Of a stretch of 64,000 nucleotides of DNA, positions 1 through 11,441 are shown piece by piece. The DNA is from Amoebophrya sp. A120 (lineage: Eukaryota > Protista > Dinoflagellata): assembly GCA_905178155.1 (NCBI GenBank), contig CAJINV010000011.1, forward strand, positions 3,071,144-3,135,143. Reading direction: 5' to 3'. How positions within the stretch are numbered: position 1 is the stretch's first letter; each line of letters starts with the position of its first letter. The notes below the pieces were generated by a model that saw only the letters and a list, made by a program, of their open reading frames with translations, had not been told where the DNA came from and made no database searches. Both the position numbers and the translations under genes were made by a program.

Positions 1-1598
1 AGCATGGAGCTGCTGTTGATCGATGCTGCTGCTGTCCCACCACCGGTGCTCACAGCACTCCTTTCGCTAATTTTACTGTCCCCCCGTTGCAAAAGCGGAG
101 GTAATAGGAGACCACTGCTTCCATTCTGCAGCAAGTCCCCTTGTTGATGTTGTTCGTAGGTTTTGAAAAAGGAAAACACCCGCGGCGGGCCCTTGAGCGC
201 GGTGAGCAGTTGGCGCACGTCGAAGCGACCCATGAAGATGCTGGTAATGCCGATGTCCATGACGGTCAACACCTGCATCATCGCGTACCACGGCACCATC
301 TCCTTCAGCGTCGCCGGGTCCAGAAACCGATTGTTCTTTTCCCACTTGGGCCCGAAGGAGAGTAATAGCTTCTGTCCGAGGAACCGCTCGCTCACCAGAC
401 TGACGAGCAACAGCCCGAAAAAGTCCACCGTGCAGAGCAACTGCAGGCCGACCGGGTGCGACAGCAGCGTGTCGGTCACGCTGTCCTTGCAGAAAAAATG
501 GTGGATCCAGCCGCCGCGCAAACTGCTGCTGCTTTCGTCCTCCGCGAGCATCAACAGCGTCAGCCAGTACTGCAGGGCGACGAGCGAGGTGAGCAGCGTG
601 GCATTGCTCACAAACTCTCGGCCGGTGCGGTGCGCGGAGAAAATCACGGTGGTCTTCGCCGAGGTGAGCAGGGTGTAGGTCGCCGTGTTTGGGTTCGCGG
701 CCGCCGTGATCTGGTCCTTCATCTGTTTACCGACAGTCCGGGCCAGGTCATCCAGGTTTTTCAGGTTCAAAGCATTTTTGACATCATCTTCTTCGCCGTT
801 GTTGTAATTATTATTCACTGTATCGCGGACGGAGCTTGTGCTACTTGTCTGACTCCTGGCCTCGCTGCCTCCGCTCGGTCTATCATCTGTCTTGAAATCA
901 TGATTATCCTCTCCGTCGTCAAACATAGACTTCGTGAGCCCTCGCCGAGAGCCCGGCGCTGTCGCTGATGATGCATTGGCAGTCTCAGTTCCCGCTGTGG
1001 GTCTACCGGAGTTTTTACTCTCCGCTCGTCCTCCTCCTGTGCTGCTAGTTACAATGTGTCCGGATTGCGGGGTTGAAGGGCCCCGCTGCAAAGAACTCGG
1101 CTTCTTCGTTCCACTTCCACCTCCCGAAGTAGACCTGCCGAGGTACACAGCGTTGCGGTGCTGCTTGACGAATGATTTCCCTAAATAAACCGCGCTGAAG
1201 GCCCAGTCTCCAAAGTAGACGGTAAAACAGGAGAACGGGGTGGCCGCCAGGGCGAAATAGATGGTGTCGCGGATCCCGAAATTCTTGAACAGATCGAAGT
1301 TCTTGATCTTCGGCGTGTGCGCGATCACCGTGAGGACCAAAAACAGGGTCAGGTAGTTCACGAAAAAGAAGTACCGGTTGCCCTGGTCGCGCCGCTCCGT
1401 GTGGGGAAAGGTGAGAAACCGGAAGGCGGCATACAGAATCGCGTGCCCGCCGAGGAACAAAAACAGGTCCTCGACCGTGTCGCCGTGGGAGAATATTAAA
1501 GCGGAGGGGAGCCAGCCGGAAGTAGATGTCGTGTCGTGAGAGTCTGATGCTGGTCCCATCAGGCCGGCAGACCAGCTACTGGTCGAGGAGGATAACAT
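1..1598 (-). CDS. Uncharacterised multi-pass membrane protein, 3' end runs off the window (at least 532 aa from the first in-frame ATG)
   Basis: Manual translation shows a stop-free minus frame from about 2030 to position 1. It is missing from the ORF track, presumably because no stop lies in the window. First ATG is at 1598 (MLSSSTSSWSAGLMGP...). Hydrophobic segments include LFLFLGGHAILYAAF, YFFFVNYLTLFLVLTVIA, IYFALAATPFSCFTVYFG, LLTSLVALQYWLTLLML and LQLLCTVDFFGLLLVSLV, with a Ser/Gly/Asn-rich loop between them. The true start may lie on an upstream exon. Confidence 0.7.
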   Translation of the reverse strand, partial: MLSSSTSSWSAGLMGPASDSHDTTSTSGWLPSALIFSHGDTVEDLFLFLGGHAILYAAFRFLTFPHTERRDQGNRYFFFVNYLTLFLVLTVIAHTPKIKNFDLFKNFGIRDTIYFALAATPFSCFTVYFGDWAFSAVYLGKSFVKQHRNAVYLGRSTSGGGSGTKKPSSLQRGPSTPQSGHIVTSSTGGGRAESKNSGRPTAGTETANASSATAPGSRRGLTKSMFDDGEDNHDFKTDDRPSGGSEARSQTSSTSSVRDTVNNNYNNGEEDDVKNALNLKNLDDLARTVGKQMKDQITAAANPNTATYTLLTSAKTTVIFSAHRTGREFVSNATLLTSLVALQYWLTLLMLAEDESSSSLRGGWIHHFFCKDSVTDTLLSHPVGLQLLCTVDFFGLLLVSLVSERFLGQKLLLSFGPKWEKNNRFLDPATLKEMVPWYAMMQVLTVMDIGITSIFMGRFDVRQLLTALKGPPRVFSFFKTYEQHQQGDLLQNGSSGLLLPPLLQRGDSKISERSAVSTGGGTAAASINSSSM

Positions 1599-2654
1599 GC
1601 TGGATGCCCCGCTGGAGAGGATTTGATAGTACGATGCAGGTTCTTCGATGGCAGGAGAAACCTCAAGGTGTTCGTGTTGGCATGAATGTGTGTTCAGATT
1701 GATAAAAATGTCAGTCGTTGAGAGGGTTATTGGAAGTCGCCATGGTGCGGGGCAGTAGCGGCAGGAGCATGTTACAACATGTGGACGAGTAAAAAGTGGA
1801 ACAGGGTAGAATGTAGGAAATGTGTGAGTATGAAGGACGAATGGCTTTATGATTACACGTAGAAAAAATTTCGTTCGCCTAGGGTGGGAGTACGACCGGC
1901 AAGATGGTATGGAGGAGATAGAACTAAAGGGAGAACTTCTAAAAAAGGCTGGACTCCTACCTTTTCCATTGCTGGGGTAAAAATCATGCCACGACAGAAC
2001 CCGGGTGAGGTCTTCACTGGTTGTTTTTCAAGAACGAAAGAATGATCTTTAATCAAGCAAGAATAGCAAAAATAGCCCATCGCTTCTGGCTGATGAAGTG
2101 AGTAGAAGAATTATCGACAACTGCATTCAAACCCGCTTTTGGCTACTACAATACTTGGATTGATTCGTCATCATCTCCTTACGCAAACGGCAAAAAAACA
2201 GCATCGGGCACCAAACCGAACAGCATCGGGCTCGGGCATCATCAAACCGATAGAATAGAACAAGTCTACTCATGTTCCAAAGAGCAAGCAGATGTGTATG
2301 GATGAAACCGATTCTTACTCGCGATACAGCCTCAGCACACTCTCCATCTTACATGATCTTAGTCATCTACCGATAAAATCTCAGCTCGATGTGCTGGTGC
2401 TGCGTTAAGCTTTATTACACATCATAGTGCTGCTCCTGGACAAACACAAAACATGATGGATAGCCGCTGGCCGCTTACTCTTAGCGCTAGTGCGGCTGCA
2501 GGCGTGCTGCATAGTGAAACATCTTAAAGATGCTCTCTTTATTCAGCCTTGCTGTTTATTTGTTCGTACTTACATCGCGCAAATAAAACTTCCAGGTGCA
2601 AGTCGCGTAATCCGTTTTGGTTTTCGTTTTGATTTATTTCCACGCGCTACAACA

Positions 2655-3514
2655 TCACAGCCGCTTCAGTGACTGATGCCACAGCTCTGCAGAATAAAAC
2701 CGCGATTTCCCCAGAGAATTGGTCGCGCGCAGGTAAACCGTGTAGTAGACGACGCTCACGAGGGTATGCAGGCAGTAAAGCACTGTGGTGTCAATATTTT
2801 TACCGGATTTTTTTTGGCATTTTCCGACAAAAAACCATCGTAGCGATGTACCTACTACCGGCTTTGCCGGTGGTGCCCGTGCAACGAGGGGTCAACCAAA
2901 TATATTCGGATGTATCAAAAAAAGTGTAGAAAGCGTGAAGTACGTACGTTATACCTATGTAGAGACTTTCGTCCCAGTACTCTGCTATTTTCCAGCCTCC
3001 GACCGCCGCCATGAGCCTTGGTATTCTACTTGCGAGCATCAACACCAAGCGGACGAATCCGAGCAAGTAGATGCTCCGGAAGATTTGAAAGGCCTCACCG
3101 AGAAGCCCGAACCGCAGCAGGAAGGTGTGCCATAGCAGGGTAAAGTACAGAAGAAGCAGCAGGCAGTGGGACAGAACGACAACTGATTTTTATCATTTAT
3201 ACATTTATGATATGTGATCATCCTCGTCCTGACTGTTGAAACAAATGAATCAAGCTCAACACATTTCAAAGAAACGATGCATACCGAGGAGAACGCGGAA
3301 TTTACCAGCAAAGCCAGCGAGAGGCAAGGATGAAATCACGGTTATTTCTGTTGCATCGCTTTATACCTGCAAAAAGCGCAACCACGATGCCCACGTTGTC
3401 GTCGCCCCAGAGGTGCTCGGTGAATGAGTTTGCGATGCAGTCCAGTATGACGAGGCATACCATCCCATGGACCTTCCAAGAGAAGGCTTTCGGGTCTACG
3501 GATTGCTGCTGCAT
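2655..3514 (-). CDS. TMEM138: Transmembrane protein 138 (ciliary), 167 aa, 3 exons: 3514-3367, 3182-2955, 2782-2655
   Basis: Two GTATAA...CAG introns (3183-3366, 2783-2954) give a 504-nt in-frame CDS: MQQQSVDPKAFSWKVHGMVCLVILDCIANSFTEHLW...LLWHTFLLRFGLLGEAF...VLYCLHTLVSVVYYTVYLRATNSLGKSRFYSAELW. Motifs DxxxNSFxE, TFxxxxGL and the C-terminal R..xLGxxxFY...LW, plus the size, match TMEM138 as I recall it. Confidence 0.85.
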
Positions 3515-4255
3515 GGTGAAGAGGTCGTCTTTCGGGTGGATGAACTAGTTGGTCCGCTATCCTCGTGTGACCCCGAAGTCAGTAGACTTCTGCTCCAGCG
3601 CGTCTCTACTCTGTGCGAGCCTTTTTCGAGCTGAAGAGAGGATCGATGCTGGTAACACGAACCTAGTATCTTCCAGCGCGGCGCCCAAGCTGAGGTTCCT
3701 CACTGGCAAGCAACACGGTCAAAAGCAACCGTATCACTTCTGCGGCGCGGACGGGGGTGATGGCGGTAGTATTCGGTGGTGAACGTCATCTTGTCGGATT
3801 AAAAAGGTAGTTTTCCTGGCAACGAAGATACCAACAGAGCCAATAGAACAAAAATCTCTACTTGGGCAGACCGCGGAACAGGGGGGAAAGAGATAGACGA
3901 GACGAAGATCATGATTGAGCGGGGGACCGATCGTGACAACTGGACAACCGAAATTTTTTGTTCCATATAGACAACGAACAATAGACCTACTCATGTGTTG
4001 CAGAGAGAACAGAGAGATGACACCTGCTGGCCAATAAACGCAACAATCATCTTCGTGCTCGCGCCGTTTCTCTTTCTAGTAGCTAATTTTCCTTTCGGAC
4101 CGTGGAAACAGTGGTGGAAACGGTTCATTCAAGCGTGAAACGAAACTGTCCAATTCGCAACCTAGCTTTCTCGTCAAAACGCCCGCGTTTCTGTTTGTTC
4201 ATATTCATCCTCGATCATGCACTTCTGCATGCTACGGGTACAACCAAGGAACCAT

Positions 4256-6194
4256 CTACAAAAACGTCGCCGCATCGGTTGCCAGCTGGCGAATGCGGCG
4301 CAAGTCTTCAACCACCATTCTATCTGCCCGCTCCACCCGTGGCATGTTCCGCTCCATGCGGTCGATCTCGTCGTCGATCGCCTTTCCCAGTTTTTCCTTG
4401 TCCGCGTCCGAATCGGTGAGCCGGGTTTTCAAAGACTGGTAAAAGTGCTCGAACGCGTCCGTTTGTCGGGTGCGTTTGACTTGGAACATCCTTTGGTGCC
4501 GTCGGCAGTCCGACATGAAATCGCTTGCCGCGTCGATCGCGGATCTTTGGTATCGCAAGGAAAAATCCACCCTCCCCATATTGACGTGGTAGGTTTTCGA
4601 AAATTTGCGTTGCTGATTTGTGCCCACAAATCGCGTCTGTCTTGCAAGACGGCAATTCCACCGGCTCCGCCGCATTATGCGGGCGGTTTGTCATGCTGTG
4701 GGGCCTACAGCACGGACGTTATTCATGGGTCCTCTGCAGTCCTCTCCAGCAAGACAAATCTGATTTGTGTACTCAAATCCAGCATCAGAAACTTCGTTTT
4801 GATATGGGGAGGGAAGATTTTCCTTTTGATATTTGGTCTTCGATCCCGACGTCTTTCGTGGTCGCGGCGTGCTTATCAAATGCAAACATGTCTGGGTCTG
4901 GAAGAATGCAACTTGTGATGCTACATTTGGATTCCAAAAAAATCTGTATTGCATGAGTAGCAAAGGGAATGCAATTTTTGCTACGCTGAGAAGGTGTTTG
5001 TCGTGCGGAATAGGCATCAAGAATCCCTCAAAAAATCTGTATTGCTAGGGAATGGATCGCAGACATCATGGCTCATGCAAAACGTGCACGACAAGTGTCA
5101 GAATCTTCCAGACCCAGACATTTTTACAGTTGATAGTGCTTGAGCCGGGCCATGCGGATCTGCTGTCGCAGTCCCGTGTCCGCGCCGAGCGCGGTTTCGC
5201 GCAGGGCACGAAGAGATCGCAACGCACGCTTCAAATGGTCTTCATCTTTGTCCACAGTTGCTTTTTCCTCTCCACTGCTGGCGGTACGAGAAGGAGGAGG
5301 AGTCACAGGAACATCATCACCCGTCGCTGCTTTCTTTGCGCCCCCAACTTGATGCTCTCCTTTCGCCGCGGCAGCTGCTGCTTCCTGCTTTTCCTTCAAA
5401 TTTTGTTTCGCCGCCTGCGTCTTCTCCTCGGCTGACATGCCCGCCCAATTTTCCTGATCCGAGACCCACTCGCCAAATCGCTTCTCCAGTCGCTCCATGG
5501 GCCGCACGTCGAACACAGACTCTGGGTACGCTTCCGGCAGGTACGCGCGCACCAGCGGTTTCTCGAACTTCTTCGTGGTGTCCATTAGTTTCTCCACCGC
5601 CTCTCGTGAGTTCCTTGCAAATTCCCGCTTGGTTTCGCCGGGAACCGGCTCGGGAGGAGGCGGAGTTTGTGTTTGATCCCCTCCTGCGCCGTCGGAAGTT
5701 TGGTCATCTCCGCCTACCGCCTCGGTGCTGTCGTGGTGGTCTCCTGGTTGCAGCGCCGCGGTGCTTTCCTCCAAGGTGCGAAACAAATCAGCCACCATCG
5801 CCTGGTGACTGCGGACCAGGTCCAGCTCGTAGTCGATTCGCGGCTTTTTCAGCTGCAAGTCGTCCACGGGAACCGGGTGCCCGTGCGTGACTTGCACGAG
5901 CGGCTCCTTCAGGTCGACCTTGATTTCCTCCTCTTCATCTTCACCGCTCAAGTCGGCCGAAGCAAACTCGTACAGCTTGTTCATCTTCTTGCCGATGCTC
6001 TTGGTCGTTGCTGCCGCACTCTCCATCACGCCCCCGATCGCGCTGAGGAAAAAATCCGTCTTTATCCTCTTGGTCGTGTTCTTGTAGTGTGGCAGTAAAT
6101 AACGCGAAGGGTCAGTGTCGTGTGCGTAGGCGCCACGTCCGTCCTGCAGCATCGGCGCTGCGCTGTAGTTGGTGGCAAAATGAAAATAACTCAT
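4256..6194 (-). CDS. Uncharacterised 461-aa charged/helical protein, 3 exons (6194-5136, 4868-4832, 4545-4256) separated by two TIR-element introns
   Basis: Removing each element plus one target-site copy joins ORF 5124..6194 (...RMARLKH) to AATTKDVGIEDQ and then to RSAIDAASDF...ATFL* of ORF 4256..4675. Total 1386 nt, in frame with no stops. No family recognised. Confidence 0.75.
4551..4831. mobile_element. 281-bp MITE-like introner, family B, acting as a non-canonical intron
   Basis: Imperfect ~30-bp TIRs (tatcgcaaggaaaaatccaccctccccatat / gatatggggagggaagattttccttttgata), with 5-bp direct repeat tttgg at 4546-4550 and 4832-4836. Excision restores the host frame. Confidence 0.85.
4874..5135. 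mobile_element. 262-bp MITE-like introner, family A copy 1
   Basis: TIRs tatcaaatgcaaacatgtctgggtctggaaga / tcttccagacccagacatttttacagttgata. TSD gtgct at 4869-4873 and 5136-5140. Carries the in-frame stop that ends ORF 5124..6194. Confidence 0.9.
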
Positions 6195-6672
6195 CGTTCT
6201 GCTGCTAGCTTCTATGGTTAACTTTCAGTTTCATGTTCATCGAACAGAGGTTATTAGATGCGGAAGTGTCGACGTCAAGATATTTGTTCACCTTCTGCGT
6301 TAGGACTAGTCATTTTTTCTGTCCCAGTGCATCGCCCCAAAGATAGACGCCGAATAGATGTAAGTAGCTAACCCCTTAGAAGGGCGCCGAATCCTATTTT
6401 TTTGTGAATGTGTGCGATTGGTAAGGCTCTACGGGCGAAACGAACGACGAATAAGTGGAGGCCTCGTTAATACGAACAACGTGCAGGCCGCTCTCTTGTC
6501 AAGATGCCTCGGTCTACGACAGAAGCTGGCCAAGCGATTACGAACTACGATGCGTGTACTCGGTGCGTTGTCCTACTGCGACGCAACGTCGATTCTACAA
6601 AGAATGCAGTTTGTCTTGCGACTTTTTGCATTAGCGCTAGTTTTTCATACTTACAGTACTGCGTTTCTTACA

Positions 6673-9283
6673 TCATCCCCCCGTGATCAGCGTTTGAAAC
6701 TTTCCGCACATTAACTTCTCACTCGCCATGCCTCGCCGGTCCACCAAGGACCAGAAGAAATTGTCTTCCTGCTCCTTTTCCGGGGGTTTCTTTTCGCCCT
6801 CAAGTAGACCCACCCTTTCCGATGGTTGCTCCCACAGAAAAATGTCCAGGTGGCGGAACTTGTCGTGCCGCAGCATCTATCAAATGCAAATATGTCTGCG
6901 TCTGGAAGGATCCGAACATGTGATGCGTGTTTCGGATCGTAAAAAGATCTGTGATGCAGAACGTGGAAAAGGTGCCCACTTCTGGTCATGCTGAGAGGGC
7001 ATTTCTCATGCAGAATACGCATCACCAAGGAGCTGCAGAGCCTGTGACTCTAGGCCCTGCATTCCAGACGTGGGGGAGCTTGAAAAAACTGCATGACAAA
7101 TCTCGGAATCTCCCAGACCCAGACATTTTTGCATTTGATAGCATCTTCGTCACGACCGGGACATTCACCTCCAAGGGGTCCGGTGCCGGAAGAACAAGAG
7201 CCTTCAACCCGAGAACCCGCTCCAAGTGCGCGACGAGGCCCAACAATCGCAGCCGCTGCACCCAGCAGTGTTCGAAGCAGACTTTCGTTGTGTCTCGCAG
7301 CATTTCGCACCTTTTCTTCACTTGAGATAAGTTCAAATCAATGCGGTCCGTCCGGCCAACCTCCAGCAAAACCGACTGCAACCAGGCAAACGCCGCTAGG
7401 CTCCAGGAATAGTGGTAAATGCCGAAATGCGCCTCGATTTCCTGCACCAGCGCGTCCTTCTTTTCTCGGGTGGCTCCGGCGGAGTTACTGTCTAAAACCG
7501 TGGGGAGCATCGCGCCAATGCGCTGCTCGCGGGCGAGCTGGTCTGGGGTAAGAAATTGGCTGAAATTGCCGCAATCCGTGCAGAAATAGCGATCTAGTGG
7601 TGCTGTTGACGTTTTCGAATTTATTGCAGCTGGTTTCCCTTTGCAGTAGAAATCCGCATCGGCGAAGTCTGATGTGTAGGGGTTATTTTTCAGTGGGTTT
7701 GTTGGTCTGAATTTTATTCATCTTGCGTAAAAGCAAATTGTTTCGCATAAAGAACTTCATTTTAAAAAGCAGTGTGGAATCCAGCAGTAGCGGTAATGCA
7801 AAATGAATTTCATTTCGATCAAAATCAGGAAAACCAATTTGCCGACTTCAATCATTACCAGGTATGATCTTTTCGCTCATGTCTGCAGCCTCTACTTCAG
7901 CGTTTGGTGCTCCCGCGGTTGCCTCGTCCTTCCCAGCATTCTTCCGGTAAGCCCGATCCAGTTTGTCTTTCAGCGCTGCTTCCACCACTTTATTTCTTTC
8001 ATCGTCCACATCCGTTTGCCTCGTAAACTGCAGTATGTGACTCCGGTTCACCACGAAGCACTTGTGGCTTTTGCACGCTTTGCACACCCCACCCCGACTG
8101 CGATCCACCAGTTCGCAGCACCGATCGCACGCACACACGAAGCCCAGCTTCCGCAACGCCGCGCGCCGGTCTACCGTGTGCCCGCACACGTTGAGCCCGT
8201 CGCCCACGTAGGAAAAGGAAAACACTTCGCCCTTGGCGATCTTCCGCGTTGCCACGTACTTCAGCTTGCCCGCGCTCGTCAAACTCCAGCTGGCATTGGA
8301 CGCGCAAGAGTGGGAAAGTCATGCAATACAAATTTATTCTCGTACATGTGTCGTGTCCAAGAAAGATGCATCACAATTTTCAGTTGCACCAACTTAGAGT
8401 GTGAGAACATGACTGGTCACGCTAAACTAGGATGTCGAAGCCAAGTTTTGTCATGCCGAGACCGCATGTCTTGTACGTCGTGCGTCGTGTACGGGAATAG
8501 ATTCACCGTGGATAAAAACTTCGACCCGATCACGAAAATTCCGCACCGCGAATCCTTGTCCTCCCCGTCCTTGTGAATGTTAATGTCGATCAGCTGCAGG
8601 AGGTTGAACAGATTCTTCGCGGTAAACGACTTCTTGGAAGAAGTACTATAGTGCTTCTTAAAAAGTTTGGACAAAAACTCGGTGCATATCCTGTCGCAGA
8701 CCTTCAAAGCCTCTTTATGAATCTGCTCCAATTTTTTCTCTTTATTAATCGTAGAAGCTGTTGTTCCTGTCGAAGAGGCGGAAGTGCTCGCTTGCTCGGT
8801 GGTTCTTTTTCCAGCTTCACTACTCTCTTGTGTGAGTTCTGCTTGTGCTTGTTCATCTCCCCCGGGCCAGTAAAACAGGTCAAACGCTTTGAACAGTACA
8901 TCTTGCGTGGTTGCCAAACTGGGCCAATCGAGGAACATGCAGGGACTGAAAAACTCGATGCTGGGCAGGTGGGACTTTAGTACAACTTTTTCAACATCTT
9001 GTTCCTTCTCCTCGTTAGACAGATTGATCTCGTACCTCCTCTTCTCCTCGTTGTACAGATGGAGCAACGCAACCTTGTCGATCCCCGCCCCGACGTCCTC
9101 CCGCTCGGCCCACTGCAAATAGGGTTTTTCCTCCAAAATCGTGTCCCCGGGGTTGAAATCCTTGGCTGCAAATGCGGTTTTGCCCTGGTACCGACGCACC
9201 TCGATGAAGGGCAAATTGTAGGGTTTGAATTCGGAGCACAGCTCATAGTTTTCGGCGGAGGTGGGTCGTACAGGCGCGGCCAT
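6673..9283 (-). CDS. SET-domain protein-lysine methyltransferase, SMYD-like, 650 aa, 4 exons (9283-8516, 8315-7859, 7668-7141, 6872-6673)
   Basis: N-SET motif GKTAFAAKDFNPGDTILEEKP. Spliced catalytic motif GIFVIGSKF|SHSCASN. Also ATRKIAKGEVFSFSY and post-SET GFVCACDRC, followed by CKAC and CTDC pairs. Exons sum to 1953 nt in frame using one GT-AG intron (7669-7858) and two non-canonical introns. Confidence 0.85.
6878..7140. mobile_element. 263-bp MITE-like introner, family A copy 2
   Basis: TIRs tatcaaatgcaaatatgtctgcgtctggaagga / tctcccagacccagacatttttgcatttgata. TSD gcatc at 6873-6877 and 7141-7145. Excision joins ...VVTKM to LRHDKFRH.... Confidence 0.9.
7669..7858 (-). other. Canonical GT-AG spliceosomal intron (190 nt) in the SET gene
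   Basis: cct g|gtaatg ... acatcag|ac ttc joins the flanking exons in frame. The interior is AT-rich. Confidence 0.8.
8316..8515. mobile_element. Degenerate 200-nt introner-like non-canonical intron inside the SET catalytic motif
   Basis: It must be removed to form GSKF-SHSC. No GT-AG is possible at the junction. Decayed subterminal inverted repeat aatttattctcgtacatg (about 8331-8348) pairs with cgtgtacgggaatagatt (about 8486-8503). Only a short T-run direct repeat remains, so boundaries can slide by 1-2 nt. Confidence 0.65.
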
Positions 9284-11441
9284 GATTTTTGAGGGGGAGG
9301 ACAGAGTGTATTCTTTATTTCAGTGTAGTTGTATAGTTTTTGTTTACTTAGATAGATTCATAATTTCGGTTGCAGTTTCAACATCAGCCAAGAGATGAAG
9401 TACAGTTCTTCTTGTGTTTCTTTGACAACTGTCCGACGGGCCGATCAATCAATCGGTCGCCGATATTCTCTGATCTTGTAGCTGAATGAGCGGATCCAGT
9501 TTCGCCTCGACTTGTTCGGGAGCTGACAGAGGATTAAACCGAAAAATTCTTCGGGGTCTCTCAACATAAGATTTTTTGCATCACGAAAACTGTTGAAAGC
9601 GACATCACCAACGACCAGGAAACGACTTTGCAGCAGAGAACATGCCCCTGGCCCAAAAAACCCGGTTGGGTCGCTGGGATCCAGAAGAACTGGCCAAAAT
9701 TATGACTTGGCCACAGAAGTTCATCTGCCGTCAAAACACCAGACGACATTGTACTTCCAGCAGAAGCTATTGATTGATTCGAGCATTATTTCTTTTCTTC
9801 GGAATAACCAAAGTATAAAGTGTCATTCTGAAGAGCGAAAATTCTTTTGGCGGGTGAAACTGTTTTTTGATATTTTTAGTTCATGCAAGAGAAAAAAATC
9901 GTTCACGTCTTTTAACTGTGACACAGTTTGCTTTGTCCTAGAAAGCATTTAAGTACTTACTTTGGCTGAAAAGAATTGATAGAAAGAAAAGCCGAGCGTC
10001 ATCTGGGAAGACCAGTGATACTAGTACAACGCAAGGAGGCCTGGAGTATGATCATGCACCTGCAGCGCAAGACCCCACCAAGCGCACACATGCGTGCACT
10101 ACCTAGCCTGATGATTTTCGCTTTTTGTTTTTCTACTGCTGTGAATAAGAATATTAGACAAACTCGGTCTCCGCTGCTTGCTGCGAGACGCAATTTCTGT
10201 ATCATCCTGTGAATCAAGTCAAAATAAAAGTAGTCTCTGTATCAATTTCAAGAATATTTCTGTAAACCTGTTAAGAGTTGTTGTGACATGCAATTTTAGG
10301 TTGAGGTATTGTCTTTTGACCGTGACTGAGACAAGCAGTTTTCGTTTTGTAAAATTTCTGCGATTCATCTACTCCGCTTAAATGATGATTCGTAGCCATC
10401 TGTTTACCACAGCAGACGTGGCTGCTGTGGTGAAACTGTAAAGGAAAGATAGCACGATATTTTGGACGAACCTGTAAAGGAAACTCCGCAGTTGGCAGCA
10501 ACGGAATTCCCCACAGCTTGTTCAACCCGGTGCTTTTTTTTGGCTCTGTAACCCAGACCCTCGAGCAGGCTATTGGCAGTAGCGCGGCCCGAGGAGTAGA
10601 GCTTGTTCATCTCTAATAGCAGTGAGTATGGCTACTTATTTCCGTAGATGGCAAAAGTATTTGTCGCTTGCGGTCTCCGTAGGTCAATGTGCTTCTTTTG
10701 GATAGCTTTTGGGTAGTCTTAGTCAAAGAAATGAATTTTGGTAGTGCTTTTGGTTTTGGTAGGAATTGAGAAAGTCTGACTGTTGCTGCTGGATTTTGGC
10801 AAATAAACATTTTCCTCGAAACGGGTCAATTTCAATCAAACTGTTTGATATTCCTGCGTATTTAAGTGATTTTTTTGCTATAAGTGTCAAACCTAACTAA
10901 ACCTTCATCAGAAAAGTGTCAATGCGAAACGAGAAGTAAGTTTAGAGAGAACAGGTATTTTTTCTTCAACGCGCAATCTTCTATCTTCATCAGAAAATTA
11001 TTTGTGCGATCTATCTATCAGAGTGTTATTTTGGAGCGTGCAAATTGGCTGTGCCTACTGCCAGGAAAGGTGTTGTTGTATCTGGTAATCTTCAATTTAG
11101 TCACCTAACCTGTGAAATAGACGTACCCGCCAACTGCACTTCCATAGCAATTATCAAGTAGAATTAAGTCAAAGCGAAACAAGAGTAACATATTTAGGAT
11201 TTTTCTGTGTGATAATATTACTGGCTTCTTACTGCTTGTTTAGAAATTAGGTCTTCTCAACTTGCGATCATTGTGCTCGAACTAAAGAACTGTATTGACT
11301 GACTTTTTTTCGAATAACTTCAACATACATTTTCGATGTCTGTTCTACATTTTTTTTTTCCTTCGGTCAATTTTCTCCTGTAGGTTTTCTTGTTTTTTAC
11401 GATCCCTTCTTCTAGAGGATGACTCTTGCTTTTTCCTTCCT

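Noticed and set aside
2197-2250. Short direct repeats aacagcatcgggc and caaaccga
   Set aside because: Two copies only with no regular spacers. This is a local duplication, not a CRISPR array or mobile element.
3549-3994. ORFs 3734..3994 (-) and 3549..3782 (+) upstream of TMEM138
   Set aside because: No recognisable product, and in-frame stops lie just upstream of the TMEM138 ATG. Probably UTR or intergenic.
10391-10399. cgtagccat, a partial match to the dinoflagellate spliced leader
   Set aside because: Only 9 nt match, on the strand opposite to the genes, with no SL RNA context. This is expected by chance.
9300-11300. Short ORFs, including 10404..10610 (-), and a 12-bp repeat ctgtaaaggaaa near 10436 and 10472
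   Set aside because: The region is AT-rich, has no recognisable motif and gave no convincing exon chain. It is treated as UTR or intergenic, although a small gene cannot be excluded.
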